Below the pieces are notes generated by a model. That model had not been told where the DNA came from and made no database searches. It saw only the letters and a list, made by a program, of their open reading frames with translations. A DNA stretch of 53,135 nt from Nanobdellota archaeon (GTDB lineage Archaea; Nanobdellota; Nanobdellia; Woesearchaeales; GW2011-AR9), in NCBI GenBank assembly GCA_018824365.1, contig JAHJGQ010000029.1:1-53135 (forward strand), in the 5' to 3' direction. Both the position numbers and the translations under genes were made by a program. Positions 52,870 to 53,135 of the stretch are shown piece by piece. How positions within the stretch are numbered: the stretch's first letter is position 1; every line of letters starts with the position of its first letter.

Positions 52870-53135
52870 TTTTCATCATCTCCTCCTTTTTTATTAGGCA
52901 GAAAGGAAACTGCTTGTTTATTACAACTAAGTAGTAACACAACAAGTATATAAATAAAAGTGTCCCCCTACAAGACGACTTTAGAAAGATTTATATAGAA
53001 GCTGAGCTTTCTCCTGGTCTATAGCGAAGCGGTGACCAGGGGTGCAATTTATCAAGAACTAATTCTTATCTTAACTTGAAGAAGAATAAAAGCTAATGCC
53101 AGCAGAGCCCTTTTCGTAAAGAGTTGCTGGCTAAA

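Noticed and set aside
1-53135. CRISPR arrays, rRNA genes, transposases, integrases or prophage modules
   Set aside because: I found no regularly spaced direct repeats, rRNA signature sequences or recombinase motifs while reading both strands. Absence cannot be proven without a computational scan.

Overview
AT-rich archaeal chromosomal segment. Archaeal markers are an L10e/uL16 ribosomal protein, a NOG1-like GTPase, a Hel308/Ski2-type helicase, FlaI/FlaJ-type filament genes and tRNA genes with multiple introns. By inference it comes from a small-genome, possibly host-associated (DPANN-like) archaeon. I support about 50 protein genes. Housekeeping genes: iscS-iscU, prs, class II lysS, rpl10e, a NOG1-like GTPase, two radical SAM enzymes, a P-type ATPase, a Kef-type antiporter, a TctA/DUF112 permease and an M50 protease. 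Surface genes: a type IV filament ATPase and platform protein bracket a block of secreted cohesin/LamG/Cys-rich proteins, and two tandem cadherin-like repeat lipoproteins lie further on. Other genes include a RelE/AbrB toxin-antitoxin pair and many hypotheticals. The RNA and non-coding content stands out most. All five tRNA genes (Phe, Ala, Pro, Ile, Leu) need 2-3 introns removed, mostly at non-canonical D-loop and T-loop positions. A tRNA-like acceptor mimic sits directly upstream of tRNA-Ala. A 96-nt element occurs twice in intergenic DNA. A roughly 100-nt structured RNA candidate has its own TATA box and a C(UUCG)G hairpin. Two long hairpin elements are flanked by direct repeats (MITE-like). 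The Hel308-type helicase gene encodes only the C-terminal half of the protein. I saw no CRISPR array, rRNA gene, transposase or integrase. All calls come from manual reading of the sequence and ORF translations; no searches or folding programs were run.
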